A DNA stretch of 48,156 nucleotides, filler included, from Sphacelaria rigidula (lineage: Eukaryota): assembly GCA_964200075.2 (NCBI GenBank). It is 2 parts of 2 records of this genome, joined end to end, with 100 filler letters (N's around TTAATTAATTAA, not from the genome) between each part and the next. Parts side by side here need not be neighbours in the genome. Positions count along the whole stretch, not along the records: positions 24,133 to 48,156 come from CAXNAA020000230.1; 1 more part is not named here. One strand, 5' to 3'. Each line of letters begins with the position of its first letter. Within the stretch, counting starts at the first letter, position 1. Below are positions 34,752 to 45,571 of the stretch, one piece after another. A program made the position numbers and the translations under genes. Under the pieces are notes generated by a model that searched no databases, was not told the DNA's origin, and was given only the letters and a program-made list of their open reading frames with translations.

Positions 34752-35645
34752 GGGCCCGAAGGGGATAATCCCCTTTTGACACGGGATTGGCCCCATAACG
34801 ATCAGTCACGAGTCCTATCGACAAGCAGTTTTACACAATTTGAAACCCAGATCTGCACGCAGGTTGAGGAATGTGGCGGGTCTGGAAGTGGTCGTTAGTC
34901 CAAGCAGGCCCAAGGTCTGTGTAATGCTNNNNNNNNNNTAATGCTGCAGACAAGACACAACAAGGCGACACAACACCTACACACCCAGCCCCGAAAAAAG
35001 ATGCACAGACGCCCACCACTCACGCGCATTAGTCTCACTGCCAGGCCTTGCCAATCTACACACGGCAGTCTTCGTTCGACAGAAATCAGTCTTGTATTGG
35101 ACAAATGGTGGCCGCATGCGTCTCAGAAACAACCGAAAACGTGTCGTTGCTGACCGTTTTGTAAGCGTTCGCCGCACGCGCGTCTCACACAAATCATGAT
35201 TTCTCAATGAATTCTGAACACACTTAACCCTTAGACCGCGAGATTAGTCTTTCTGGATCATGCATACTTTCTTTCACTTGAAATTGATGCCGATTCAACA
35301 GAAGACTAACCTCGCGGTCCAAGGGTTAAGCAAGGTCGCGCACAACGTGCACAGCTGATGAGCAGCTAGGGCTGGAGCTGTGTATTTTTGGTGTGCGGAG
35401 GCACCAAGTTCCTCAGGTTCAGCTCTGATTGTGTTGGGCTGTATGGTAAGCCATTGCATGTGCCCCTGTCAACCGGACAGGTATGTTCCCCTTCGAGGCG
35501 TTCGGAAATCCCCTCTCCAGAGGGAGTTTCTGTGCATGTTGAAGGATTTTTGGGGGGGGGGTGGTATCGCAGCGACCAGTCACTGGTCGTTTTTGAAAAA
35601 GGGGGTTTTGAAAAAAGGGATTATCCCCTTCGTTAAGAAGGGCCC
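34752..35645. mobile_element. GGGCCC-ended MITE (PIF/Harbinger-like termini, superfamily inferred)
   Basis: Perfect 15-bp inverted repeat GAAGGGGATAATCCC (34758-34772) / GGGATTATCCCCTTC (35617-35631), with GGGCCC at both ends. Other copies at 45058-45571 and 24200-24323 plus 34694-34757. Confidence 0.7.
35228..35325. mobile_element. 98-bp piggyBac-type MITE
   Basis: TTAA at 35224-35227 and 35326-35329. Termini CCCTTAGACCGCGAGATTAGTCTT / AAGACTAACCTCGCGGTCCAAGGG form a ~24-bp imperfect TIR. Absent from the homologous site near 45100-45110. Confidence 0.9.
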
Positions 35646-35944
35646 TCGGCGAAAAAAGAGTTGAAGCCGAAGGCGTAAATTTCCGAGAAATTTTCATACC
35701 TACGAAGTGGTGAACCAACCTCATCTTGATTTTCACCGCACTGTACTATTTCGGCCGAAAAGTGATATGCTGAGACACAGACGGCCTTCGCACATTTTTT
35801 TCGATTCAAAAACGAGCGGTAGAATTCCTTTCAGCGCAATTTGCTGCTCATTTTTGTGGGGTTGAGTGCGTGTCTTAGCACGTTTGTTTTCGATCGAAAA
35901 GTTGCGGTGGAAAAGAAGATTTTCGACCTGATAGGTCGACCACA

Positions 35945-36218
35945 TTTCTGTTCCTAGCTGGCTTCAACTATTTTTATAGGTAGTGGCGGGTGGAGAAAAA
36001 GTGAAGAACAGTAAAGCTAAGCTTTTTCGATCGAAAGCATTCGGTTGAAAGGCACGAAGGGGCACTTGACTTCTATCTTACAGACCACCGCACCAGATAC
36101 CACCGGTTCACAGAACCATACAAGCTGCCTCCAACTTATTCCCAGCTACCACTGCAACCCTGCAGCATAGAGCACGAGTTGAGCACAGGGATAGATACAC
36201 TGCAGTAGTTGGGTATGC
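35945..36218. repeat. Repeat arm with inverted partner at ~39650-39910
   Basis: TGTTCCTAGCTGGCTTCAACTAT...GCACGAGTTGAGCACAGGGATAGATACACTGCAGTAG is reverse-complemented at 39650-39908. The end motif recurs at ~44133-44158. Confidence 0.8.
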
Positions 36219-36220
36219 TT

Positions 36221-36620
36221 TAACAGCCGATTCTATTTCTTGGGGTTGAACACTAAAATGGGGTTCAACCCCGATTCGAAAAATCGAGAATTCGCGCCCA
36301 CAACAACGCGCACAAGATCGCGGGATGCCCCGGTTGTCATCTCCTGTCCGTGGCGCTGACCAATGCAAGTATCGATTTCTCTCTGCCTCTCTGCTTGGAC
36401 AGGGATTGTCTCTTTGTGCAGTAGAACACGTCGTCGAAAAGCAGGGTGATGTTCCCGTCACCTCTACTGTTCTCTCACACACACATGCGAGCAAGGACGG
36501 CTGTGCCCTTGCGGCAAGATCTAACAATCGGGAGCTGGGGGGTGTTATTGCAGTCGTTGGTTTCATCCGACGTCTGCAAAACAAGAACAACAGACAGTCT
36601 GCCGCATCCCAGTTGGGGGG
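36221..36620. repeat. Inverted copy of the TAACAGC-terminated dispersed repeat, with subterminal hairpin
   Basis: Begins TAACAGCCGATTC; hairpin GGGGTTGAAC...GTTCAACCCC at 36242-36271; homologous to 1-695. Confidence 0.7.
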
Positions 36621-38039
36621 ATGGATGTGTGAAAGATCAAACACTCGTGTAGGCCTTCTTGGTATGTAGAGTGAAAAAAGATACCTCGTGCGGGTGACTC
36701 AACTCTTGCCGGCGTGACCGAAATAGGCGCTGACACCCTGTAATTGAGCTTCTTTGCTGTCGACCGGTCGCGTGCATGGTGTGTGTGTCGGGACGGGTGC
36801 CTGTCGCAGATAATGTTCCGTTAGGAAATTCATTCCGGACTCAGACGAGACATGGTTAGAAGAATAGGGGTATCCTACGATTAACCACCTGCAATTGCAT
36901 TCCTGACCCGCGCCGTTAAGCGCTGACCAGGAAGATATTGCCTGAGAAAAGCTTTGGAGCAAGGGCAGTAGTAGGCAGGCAGTTCAGCCCGGAATATTAC
37001 TGTAATTTCGTTGCTGCATGTACTGACTGCCTGTAGCAATCCGATTGTACAAGCCTTGCGAGGGAGAAGGGTAATCATATTAGAATCTCATTCCATAGTA
37101 TCAACATTTTTTATGTACATTTCGAGATTGGTGATAGCCCTAAAAATTGGTCTAAAGGCCGGATGTTGTGACACACAGAATTTTGGCCCTCGGATTGTTG
37201 ATTTTTGGGCCGATTGAGCCATTTTGTTATCCCCAAACAGGCAAGCTGTCCTTTTTCGATCATAAAGGCTTGTAAATTCGCTTGGATCCAACTGGCGAAC
37301 AACAGTAGATGAACACGCTGAAATCAATTCCACCGCCTTTCTGTTTCGATCGAAGAAAAATGTGCTAAGACGCGCCCTTGTCGAAAGCAAAAAAGAAGTG
37401 AGACGAGGCACAAGCGTTCAAGAGCAGCATGTTGATTGCTTGCCCGGTCGGTCCATGGTCCCGGCATCAGATCACTTTCCGACTCTTGTTCTTTCCCCGC
37501 TTCTTTGTATGGTCCACCGTCTGAGGACTTATCACAGCAGATTTTTCAAAATCCGAAACGCACCACCTGAGGGCGTATCTCAGCACATTGTTTAAAAATC
37601 GAAACAAAAGGGCGGCCGAATTGATTCCGGCGAATACGTTCATTTTTTGTTCGTTCCTTCCAAGCGAATTTTCGATCGAAGAAAGGCAGTAAACTTCTTC
37701 GTGAAACGGTATTCGTTCGCTTGCCAACAGTACAAGAGGTCAGACAAATCTATGTATCTCTGTGCTACCTGAATACAGTGCGTCCGAGTGTTTGTGCGTG
37801 TTTCGCACGGTAGGATATGAAGAAGAAGCGGGCAACGTGCAACGGAGGCAGCACAAGACTATCTGTATTCATTGCATACAAAGCGACGTGAGCGCAGTTC
37901 TGTACTGCCTGCACTGTACATGAGCGTGTACGCAAGTCGGTGGCCCACCCTACCATGCATTGCCATCACCAATCCTTTCCATCGAAGGAGATGCTCAAGT
38001 TTCCGCCAAGGAAAAATAAACAGATCACACCCAAGTCCT

Positions 38040-39522
38040 GTGTTGTGTTGTCGTCCCATCTATTGTGGACGCCTGTGCACAACTTTCTGTATATGTGGGC
38101 GCATCAGCCGGGGTCCCACAGGAGGACGACCAACACAAGAGTATTTGCTTTTTTTTATTTTGTTTTAGTTCTTCACCTTCCTTCTGCGGTGCTTGCCTCA
38201 TTTTATATCGCGAGGGGGGTTAAGCGGTCCCTTTCCCTCGTCGACCGTGAAGTCGAAATTTGCAAGGTTGTGCTCTGCAAGGTACGGTTTTCTGTATACC
38301 CGGGGTATTTTTCCGGGTATGTGCCGTACCCGACAGTTCTGTGACTTCTGTAAGACTTTCATACCGGTACCCGACAATTCTGTAATCTCTGTAAGATTTT
38401 CATACCCTTGCCCGACAGTGCTGTAAGTTCTGTACAATACATTTACCCGAACCCGAAGGGCGGGTATACCCGAAAAGAGTTACCTGATTGCCGGTGCGGT
38501 TCTCTGTAAGCCTCCCATACGGTACCCGACAAGTTCTGTAAAGTCTGTAAGACTTTCATACCGGTACCCGACAGTTCTGTAAACTCTGTGAGACTTCCAT
38601 ACCGGTACCCGATATTTCTGTAAGCTCTTTAAGCTCTGTAAGCTTCCTGTCCCCTTACCCGGGGTTAGGGTATACCCTTGCAGATAAACCCCGTTGCAGG
38701 TACGAGCACAGGTATATACCTTCTCGAAGTATGAATATAGGTTCAATCAAAACATACCCTAATGGCCCGAACATGTACCTCCCAGCTCCTACCGCCACAC
38801 CCTGCCCTCTCATTCATTTCAGCACCCCAACCAAAAAATCCAAGGTTGTGTTCTGTAAGGTACGATTTTCTGTATACCCGGTGTATTTTTACGGGCATAT
38901 ACCGTACCCGACAGTTTCGTGACTTCTGTAAGACTTTCATACCGGTACCCGACAGTTCTGTAATCTCTGTCAGATTTTCATACCCTTGCCCGACAGTGCT
39001 GTAAGTTCTGTACAATATATTTACCCGAACCCGAAGGGCGGGTATACCCGAAAGGACTTACCCGAATGCCGGTACCGGTTCTCTGTAAGCCTCCCATGCC
39101 GTACCCGACAAGTTCTGTAAAGTCTGTAAGACTTTCATACCGGTACCCGACAGTTCTGTACGTTCTGTACATAACGCTCACCCGAACCCGAGGGGCAGGT
39201 ATACCCGAAAAGAGTCACCCGACTGCCGGTACCGGTTCTCTGTAAGCCTCCCGTACCGTACCAAGTTCTGTGAAGTCTGTACGACTTTCATACCGGTACC
39301 CGACAGTTCTGTAAACTCTGTACGGAATCTGATACCCTACAGAACGTACCCGTACCTTACAGAACACAACTGTGAATTTGTGTACCCACGACATGCTTAC
39401 TCTCCATAGTTGGGCATGGTGTGAGGAAAATCCCAGATTGTTGGACTGCACCGAGATTCGAACCCACGACTCAGCCTTCAGAAGGTTCCGAGGTTATCAA
39501 CTGAGCCACCGGGGCGACCGGC
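38040..39522 (-). mobile_element. tRNA-derived SINE, family 1, interrupted by a 1.1-kb TIR element
   Basis: Minus strand has A box TGGCTCAGTTGA and B box GGTTCGAATC at ~39449-39510. Segments 39375-39522 and 38040-38262 together align to 40968-41321. Confidence 0.8.
38263..39374. mobile_element. Non-autonomous TIR element with internal tandem repeats
   Basis: Left GTTGTGCTCTGCAAGGTACGG and right CCGTACCTTACAGAACACAAC are inverted. AATTTG is duplicated at 38257-38262 and 39375-39380. The interior is built of TCTGTAAGACTTTCATACCGGTACCCGACAGT-type units, with a second left end at 38841. Confidence 0.8.
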
Positions 39523-39649
39523 TCCCAGCTACTGCGGTGTATCTATCCCTGTGCTCGACTCGTGTTCCATGGTGCAAGGTTGGGGTGATGGCTGAGAATA
39601 AACTGTGCGGGGCTCCGAGGTTACCAACTGAGCCACAGTGGTGACCAGC

Positions 39650-39910
39650 CTCCAGCTACTGCAGTGTATCTATCCCTGTGCTCAACTCGTGCTGCATGGT
39701 TGCGGTGGTAGTTGAGAATAAGTTGGATGCAATTTGCATGGTTCTGTGAACGGATGATATCTGGCATGGTGGTCTGAAAGTAAGAGTCACGTGCCCCTTT
39801 GTATATTTTCCCCTCATGGTTTCGATCGAAAAAGCTTAGCTAGGGCATATTTGCCCTCGTGTCCGCGCGCCACTGATGATAAAACATAGTTGAAGCCAGC
39901 TAGGAACAAA
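39650..39910. repeat. Inverted partner of 35945-36218
   Basis: CTACTGCAGTGTATCTATCCCTGTGCTCAACTCGTGC ... ATAGTTGAAGCCAGCTAGGAACA. Confidence 0.8.
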
Positions 39911-40967
39911 AGCATGGCATGATGGGAAGCGCAGCAGTCGTCGTGGTTTGTGTAGGTGAGGGCGGTGACGCCATCCTCACGTGATGCCTGTGAAGAATGC
40001 TTCTATGCAGGCGGCCGTGTGTCTCGTGTGATTGGAGGTAAACATGCAGTTTGGGTGTTGCCGTATCTTATGTACGCTGTCCGGTGATCTCTTTCTGTGG
40101 TATCTGGAAAATTGCGGTTTGTAGGTGGTGAGTGAGGATTTCGCATCACGATAATCTTGTGGCGATCTCTGAGAAACGATAACTTTCACCCGTCGCTACT
40201 CTGCTGTCAACCGTATCCATCTTTGATCGGCTATGCTTGCCGTAGCCATCTAATACGCGGGACTTGAGGCATGCGAACGATTCGTCCCCCGTAGCTCCGT
40301 TCGTACACGACTTTGCCTGCGATCGTCGATACCACCCATACATCCGACTTCAGCCGCAAATTTGCTGGCGTGATTCATTTACAAATAGTTGTCTCCTTCG
40401 CAACGTGCACACCGTGCAGTACTGCCAAATATTCATTTAAAAAACTGAAGGCCAGTTTCCTCTCATATTGTACTCTACGTATTCTCTGGTAGTTGAGACG
40501 CGATGGGCAACTGGACAACCGCACAGGGATATGAAATACTCCTGCGGAGGCTGGGAGAATGTTTATCCTTCAGTGCGGTACAGCACCCCACAGGATCATA
40601 TGGCGCTGTGTTCCCTCTTTGAAGAAGGTAGCAATATCATAGCCGCGTTGGTTTGGTTCGCCGAGCTTCTGAGACTTCAGGGTGTTTCAGAAGGGTGCGG
40701 TGTGGCAAACACACAGTTTCTTCAGCTGCTAGACAACATAACCGGCGTCAGCGTTGGAGTATTCCCCGCTGTCCTCCGCCAATCTCCCCGCTCTCTTCTT
40801 CTCTCTTTCGCTTTCCAGATAGTTTGTCAATCATATGTGCGAGGACTTGCCGTTGCCTAGCCGACCCTTTTCCCCTCTTATAACGACAATATGCGCTCGT
40901 ATTCGACCGTAGACCAATGTTTTTGCCACTCTCGATCTCCGCATTACGCTTCCCACTTTATATAAAA

Positions 40968-41321
40968 GCCGGTCGCCCCGGTGGCTCAGTTGGTAACCTC
41001 GAAACCCTCTGACGGTTGGGTCGTGGATTCAACTCTCGGAGTGATCTGTTTTTTTTTTCACACCATGCCCAACGGTGGAGAGCGATGATGTCGTGGGTAC
41101 ACAAAAATCGACTTCACGGTCGACGAGGGAAATGGACTGCTGAACCCCTCTCGCGATAACAAAAGGCAAGCACCGCAGAAGGAAGGTGGGGTACCAAAAA
41201 CAAATAAAAACGAAAAAGCTCCTGTGTTGACCTTCCTCCTGTGTGACCCCGGCTGGTGCGCCCATATATACCGAAAGGTGTAGACCGGCGCCCAGAACAG
41301 ATGGGACGACAACACACACAC
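40968..41321 (+). mobile_element. tRNA-derived SINE, family 1 (intact copy)
   Basis: Head GCCGGTCGCCCCGGTGGCTCAGTTGG (A box) and GGATTCAACTC (degenerate B box), body shared with 38040-39522 and 8934-9022, tail GACAACACACACAC. Confidence 0.8.
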
Positions 41322-41556
41322 CCTATGGGAGTGTGAATGAGATGAGGCGGTGAATTTTCGATGTTTGGCGCCCGAAGCATGGCTGTGTGCTAGTAGTATC
41401 CGTCACCTGGCTTTCGCCTTCAGATCGATCTGAAAGCGAGTCAAAAACTGTATTCTGTACTGCTTCTCACGAACTACTTAATGGATGAGAGTAGTCTACC
41501 CTCTCAATTTCTCGTTGCTGCATTTCTCTGTGTTCGCAACAGGTCGTGCTGCAAAC

Positions 41557-41675
41557 ATGTCGGGCACAACGAGCTTTTATGATCGCGTCATGGGGTACCC
41601 TTGTACAGGCACCACTGCCGGCTTGGCGGCACTTGCGGGGTACATGATCATCATCCAAATGCTCCGTTTCCGCAG
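41557..41675 (+). CDS. Probable first coding exon of a membrane-anchored protein (N-terminus reminiscent of MpaB/DUF2236-type ER-bound oxygenases)
   Basis: Pyrimidine tract plus ACAG| at 41542, AAAC-ATG at 41557 and CAG|GTAGGA donor. Reads MSGTTSFYDRVMGYPCTGTTAGLAALAGYMIIIQMLRFR(R), a hydrophobic anchor ending LRFRR. The family guess rests on this short motif only, and no downstream exon was recognised. Confidence 0.4.
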
Positions 41676-44524
41676 GTAGGATGGTGCTGCGCCTGGTTAG
41701 TGTATTTTGAATGCGCTAAAGTAAAGTAATATTTTATTCACTGTGAAAAATGACCAATATCTGGCATTTGCTGCTGGAGGCCGCGCTTGGCCCCCGATAT
41801 TTTCGGACCATACTACGTCATCAAACGACCATAGTCAACGATATCAATCTCTCTGTAGATACAAAGGCACATGCGGACGGCGTAGTCACTACAAGCCGGT
41901 GTACCACAAATGAGGCCAGGTGCCGTCACTACACGTCGCAGCCCCCCACCTCCACCCACCGTTAGGCCAACATCCTGATGTGGCGAAAGGCACCGGCGCT
42001 GGCGATGGCGCTTCCTAACCCACCAAAGGTAAGGAGAGTATGTAGGGACCAAGGATGTTCCATTTTTTCGCAGACTCTCGTGGTTGTTACTTTCCATCAA
42101 GGAAGTCCACAGGTTTTCACAAACGCGCAACAGACTTGCCTTCAGTACTGACTGAACTTCGGCGCCGACTTCGTGAATGCAGTTGCGACTTGCACATTCA
42201 CGATTGGCCACGGGTCACCTTGCATGGTATTATGTCCGCGGGTGGCCTGCTCTAGTGCTGTCAGATTGTGTAAGACCCTGATAACCACCCTGGCAACTCA
42301 CCTGCAACCATCAATATCTAATTTCCCCTGTAAGGTGGGGGGAAGGTATCTTGTGAGGACATTGCGGAGCCCATACTTGACGCCCGGGATTACCTAGACA
42401 TTACGGGTCGACAGTGGATGGAAGACGATATGTGGGTTGTTTTGATCAACGTCGGACTCCGGTGTTTTCATGTGTCGGGGTATAGATGAGGCCCTGATTG
42501 CGCAAATCCCATACATCGAAGGCTTAACTGTGGTTGCCTGATACTTGTGGTGACGGTATTCATGTGTATTGTTCATGACAACTGCACGAGATCAGTGTTG
42601 ATGTTTAATCACCCGAGGTAATTGTACAGTGTTCGATGCCAATATCGAAACACTCAAGTTTATTACTGACTTTAGACTAGTTGAATTTGGTGTCGATACT
42701 ATAATTACCTAAAGTTCCTGTACGTTAGGTCATTCGAGTTATGTGTTGACACTAGACTCCCCTTTCACGTGGAATGACGGCTGAAGTTGTGAAACTCTTG
42801 TCATCCAACCACGTTATGGGCGTGCTCGTTACGCAACCTGAAGGCATCACGCTCTCTTACGTTGCACAACAACCTACGCTGTGAAGTGCATGTGGACCAG
42901 GTGAACCAATTTCTTCGCCAGATTGAGAGTCTAGTTTTTAGTTGAGAGAGACCTTTCCAGCCCGTGTTTTCTTGAAGAAAAAGTGAACCTAATGCCAATT
43001 CCACAAAATGACAGTTAGCGCCGAAGTTGTCCGTTTGTGAAAGCTGCATCATTTTCGCTTGAACCGTTGCTGCGTGACGCACATCGCCAAGCCTGGCGCT
43101 CAACATTCCGAAGAGTAGTCGTTGGATATATAATCCGAAGGCGAACAAACACGAACACACGATTCTTTGTAATCGCGGCGGATCAATACCCTACACTTGT
43201 TCAATGTTCCGATGGTTGATATCACGATTCCCCTGCTTTGATTGGCCGGTCAACAACGTGAGTCGTTCCCTGTCATTGCTCGTACAGCGAACGACTCTTA
43301 GTCTAAACGTGCTCCGCAACATCATTCGCATTTCCCTTTGATCACCAGGGTGGGTGACCTGTTGAATCGGCACCATTACACTCGGCATCCAGACATGTCA
43401 GGGTTTCATTCAATAGTGGCCCACAATTAAATGGCGTTTTTCGATTAGAAGCTAACACTCAAATCAAATGCTAGAACCTGACGAAGCGGTTGTAATAATT
43501 TGCGTCGTCCTTGCCTCACCTACGATAAACTCTGTACCAGTGACCACCTGTGCAGAAACACGCGCGTGCTACGCCCCGTACCAAGGCACAGTAGATACAT
43601 CCATGTAACAAGTGCTGAGCTTTGGATTGCAAAAGGCTCGACGCCGTCTCATACACTCCGTTCATTTCATGTCTAAATTGAACTTGAAAATAACTACTTC
43701 CGGTACGCTAGGCGTGTATCATATTTCACTCGGCTTGGTATGCATTGCCTTTATTTTTCCCAATTTTCAAACTTGTTGTTGATTCAGGCTATTCCAGATC
43801 CGGTATTGGATTTCTGTGACAGAAAAATGAGCAAAACTTTTGGAGAACTTTTCAAAAAACAAACAGAACTTTTCAAGAACCGCTCGAAACATGACCCCAT
43901 TACCTGGAGTACAGGGTGGTACATTTAGCACAAGACAACTCTGCAGTGGTATAATAAGTGCAGAGTACTACACTGAACACCAGACAACACGGCAGTTATG
44001 CAGTGCTTTCTGGTTTTAGAACCTGAAGACGGACTGTATACAGTATGACACCGCCACTACGGTACTCTCTGTTTGCAGAGTACAGCCTGTACTCGGGCAG
44101 GGGAGGTGGACAGCACGCTATCACTTGTGGATATATACACTGCAGTAGCTGGGTATGCGTTGTTATTTTTTGGTGGTGAAAACTTGCACGTCTTCTCTCA
44201 TGATGGGCATCAGCGACAGAACTGCGTGGTACGGTGGGCAACCGAGTTGCGTGCACCCTCATGGATAGTGCAGTCTGTACAAAGCTGCACGTTGCTACAG
44301 TCCTCTTCACGTCGCATTGTAAGCAGGGAGGACTGATAGTCCTGGGCTCTCTGCACTGCATGTTGCCCGCTTCTCCTTCATATCCTCCTGAACGAAACAC
44401 GCACTCACGCACTCAAGACACCCTGCTTGCAAGCGGTGCAGACAGTATAGATTGTGCGTATTGTACACGAGTGACCATGTGCCGCGTCACGAATATCGGT
44501 CACAGGATCCATACATGGGGATAA

Positions 44525-45052
44525 TTTAATTTACAAGTATTTGCGCGAAGGGCGATCCCGTCCGAGCGTTCAACATCGGCACCCTGCAAACAGTGAGGGC
44601 CCGTTAAAAATCAGCCGAAGAACTAAAACATTGGACGTGTCTTGTCTCACTGTACTGTAGCACAATTACATTCACTTCCGCTCTCATGTGCTGTAGCTAT
44701 CACTGTTCTGGGGTGTGTTTAGAACTTGCGAAGGCGGTTTGGTCTGCGCTGAGATTGAGCGTACACACAACAGTCTTTGTTTGACAGCTTTAATTTACAA
44801 GTATTTGCGCGAAAGGCGATCATGTCCGAACGTTCAACATCGGCACCCTGCAAACAGTGAGGGCCCGTTGAACATCAGCCGAAGAACTGAAACATGGGAC
44901 GTGTCTTGTTTCACTGTACTGCAGCACAAACACACTCACTCCCGCTCTCATGTGCTGTAGCTATCACTGTTCTGGGGTGTGTTTAGACCTTGCGAAGGCG
45001 GTTTGGTCTCCGCTGAGATTGAGCGTACACACAATAGTCTTTGTTTAACAGC
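44525..45052. repeat. Tandem duplication, 2 x 264 bp
   Basis: Units start TTTAATTTACAAGTATTTGCGCGAA at 44525 and 44789, with high identity throughout. Confidence 0.95.
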
Positions 45053-45057
45053 AAATC

Positions 45058-45571
45058 GAGCCGTAGCTGCTCATCAGCTGTGCACGTTGTGCGTGACCTT
45101 GCTCACATGTGTTCGGAACTCACGGAGAAATGATGGTTTGTGTGAGACGCGCGCGCAGCACACGCTGACAAAACGGTCAGCAACGACACCTTTTCGGTTA
45201 TTCGTGAAACGCCTGCGGCCATCATTCGTCCAATACCAAACGGATTTTTGTCAAATAAAGACTGCCGTGTGTAGATCAGCAAGGGCTCGCAGTGAAAGTA
45301 ATGTGCGTGAGTGGTGGGTGTCTGTGCGTGTTTTTTCGAGGCTGGGTGTGTAGGTGTTGTGTTGCCTTGTTGTGTCTTGTCTGCAGCATTACACAGACCT
45401 TGGACCAACGACCACTTCCAGACCCGCCGCATTTCTGAACCTGCGTGCAGATCTGGGTTCGAATCTGTACAAAACTGCTTGTCGATAGGACTGGGGACTG
45501 GTCGTTATAGGGCCAATCCCCTGTTGAAGTGGATTGTGAAAAAGGGGAATCCCCTTCGTGAAGGAGGGCCC
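45058..45571. mobile_element. Partial copy of GGGCCC-ended MITE family, inverted relative to 34752-35645
   Basis: Aligns to the reverse complement of ~34760-35373, lacks both the piggyBac and Gypsy insertions, and ends CCCCTTCGTGAAGGAGGGCCC. Confidence 0.8.

Noticed and set aside
34922-34945. TAATGCT duplicated on both sides of a 10-N gap as a TSD
   Set aside because: It flanks an assembly gap, and the homologous copy at ~45385 has the sequence once, so it is contig overlap.
38263-39374. CRISPR-like array
   Set aside because: Repeats are contiguous and degenerate with no unique spacers and no cas genes, in a eukaryotic context.
39445-39522. tRNA genes here and at 10630-10700, 40968-41040 and 46235-46308
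   Set aside because: A/B boxes are present, but I could not form full cloverleaves and each head runs into a shared SINE body.
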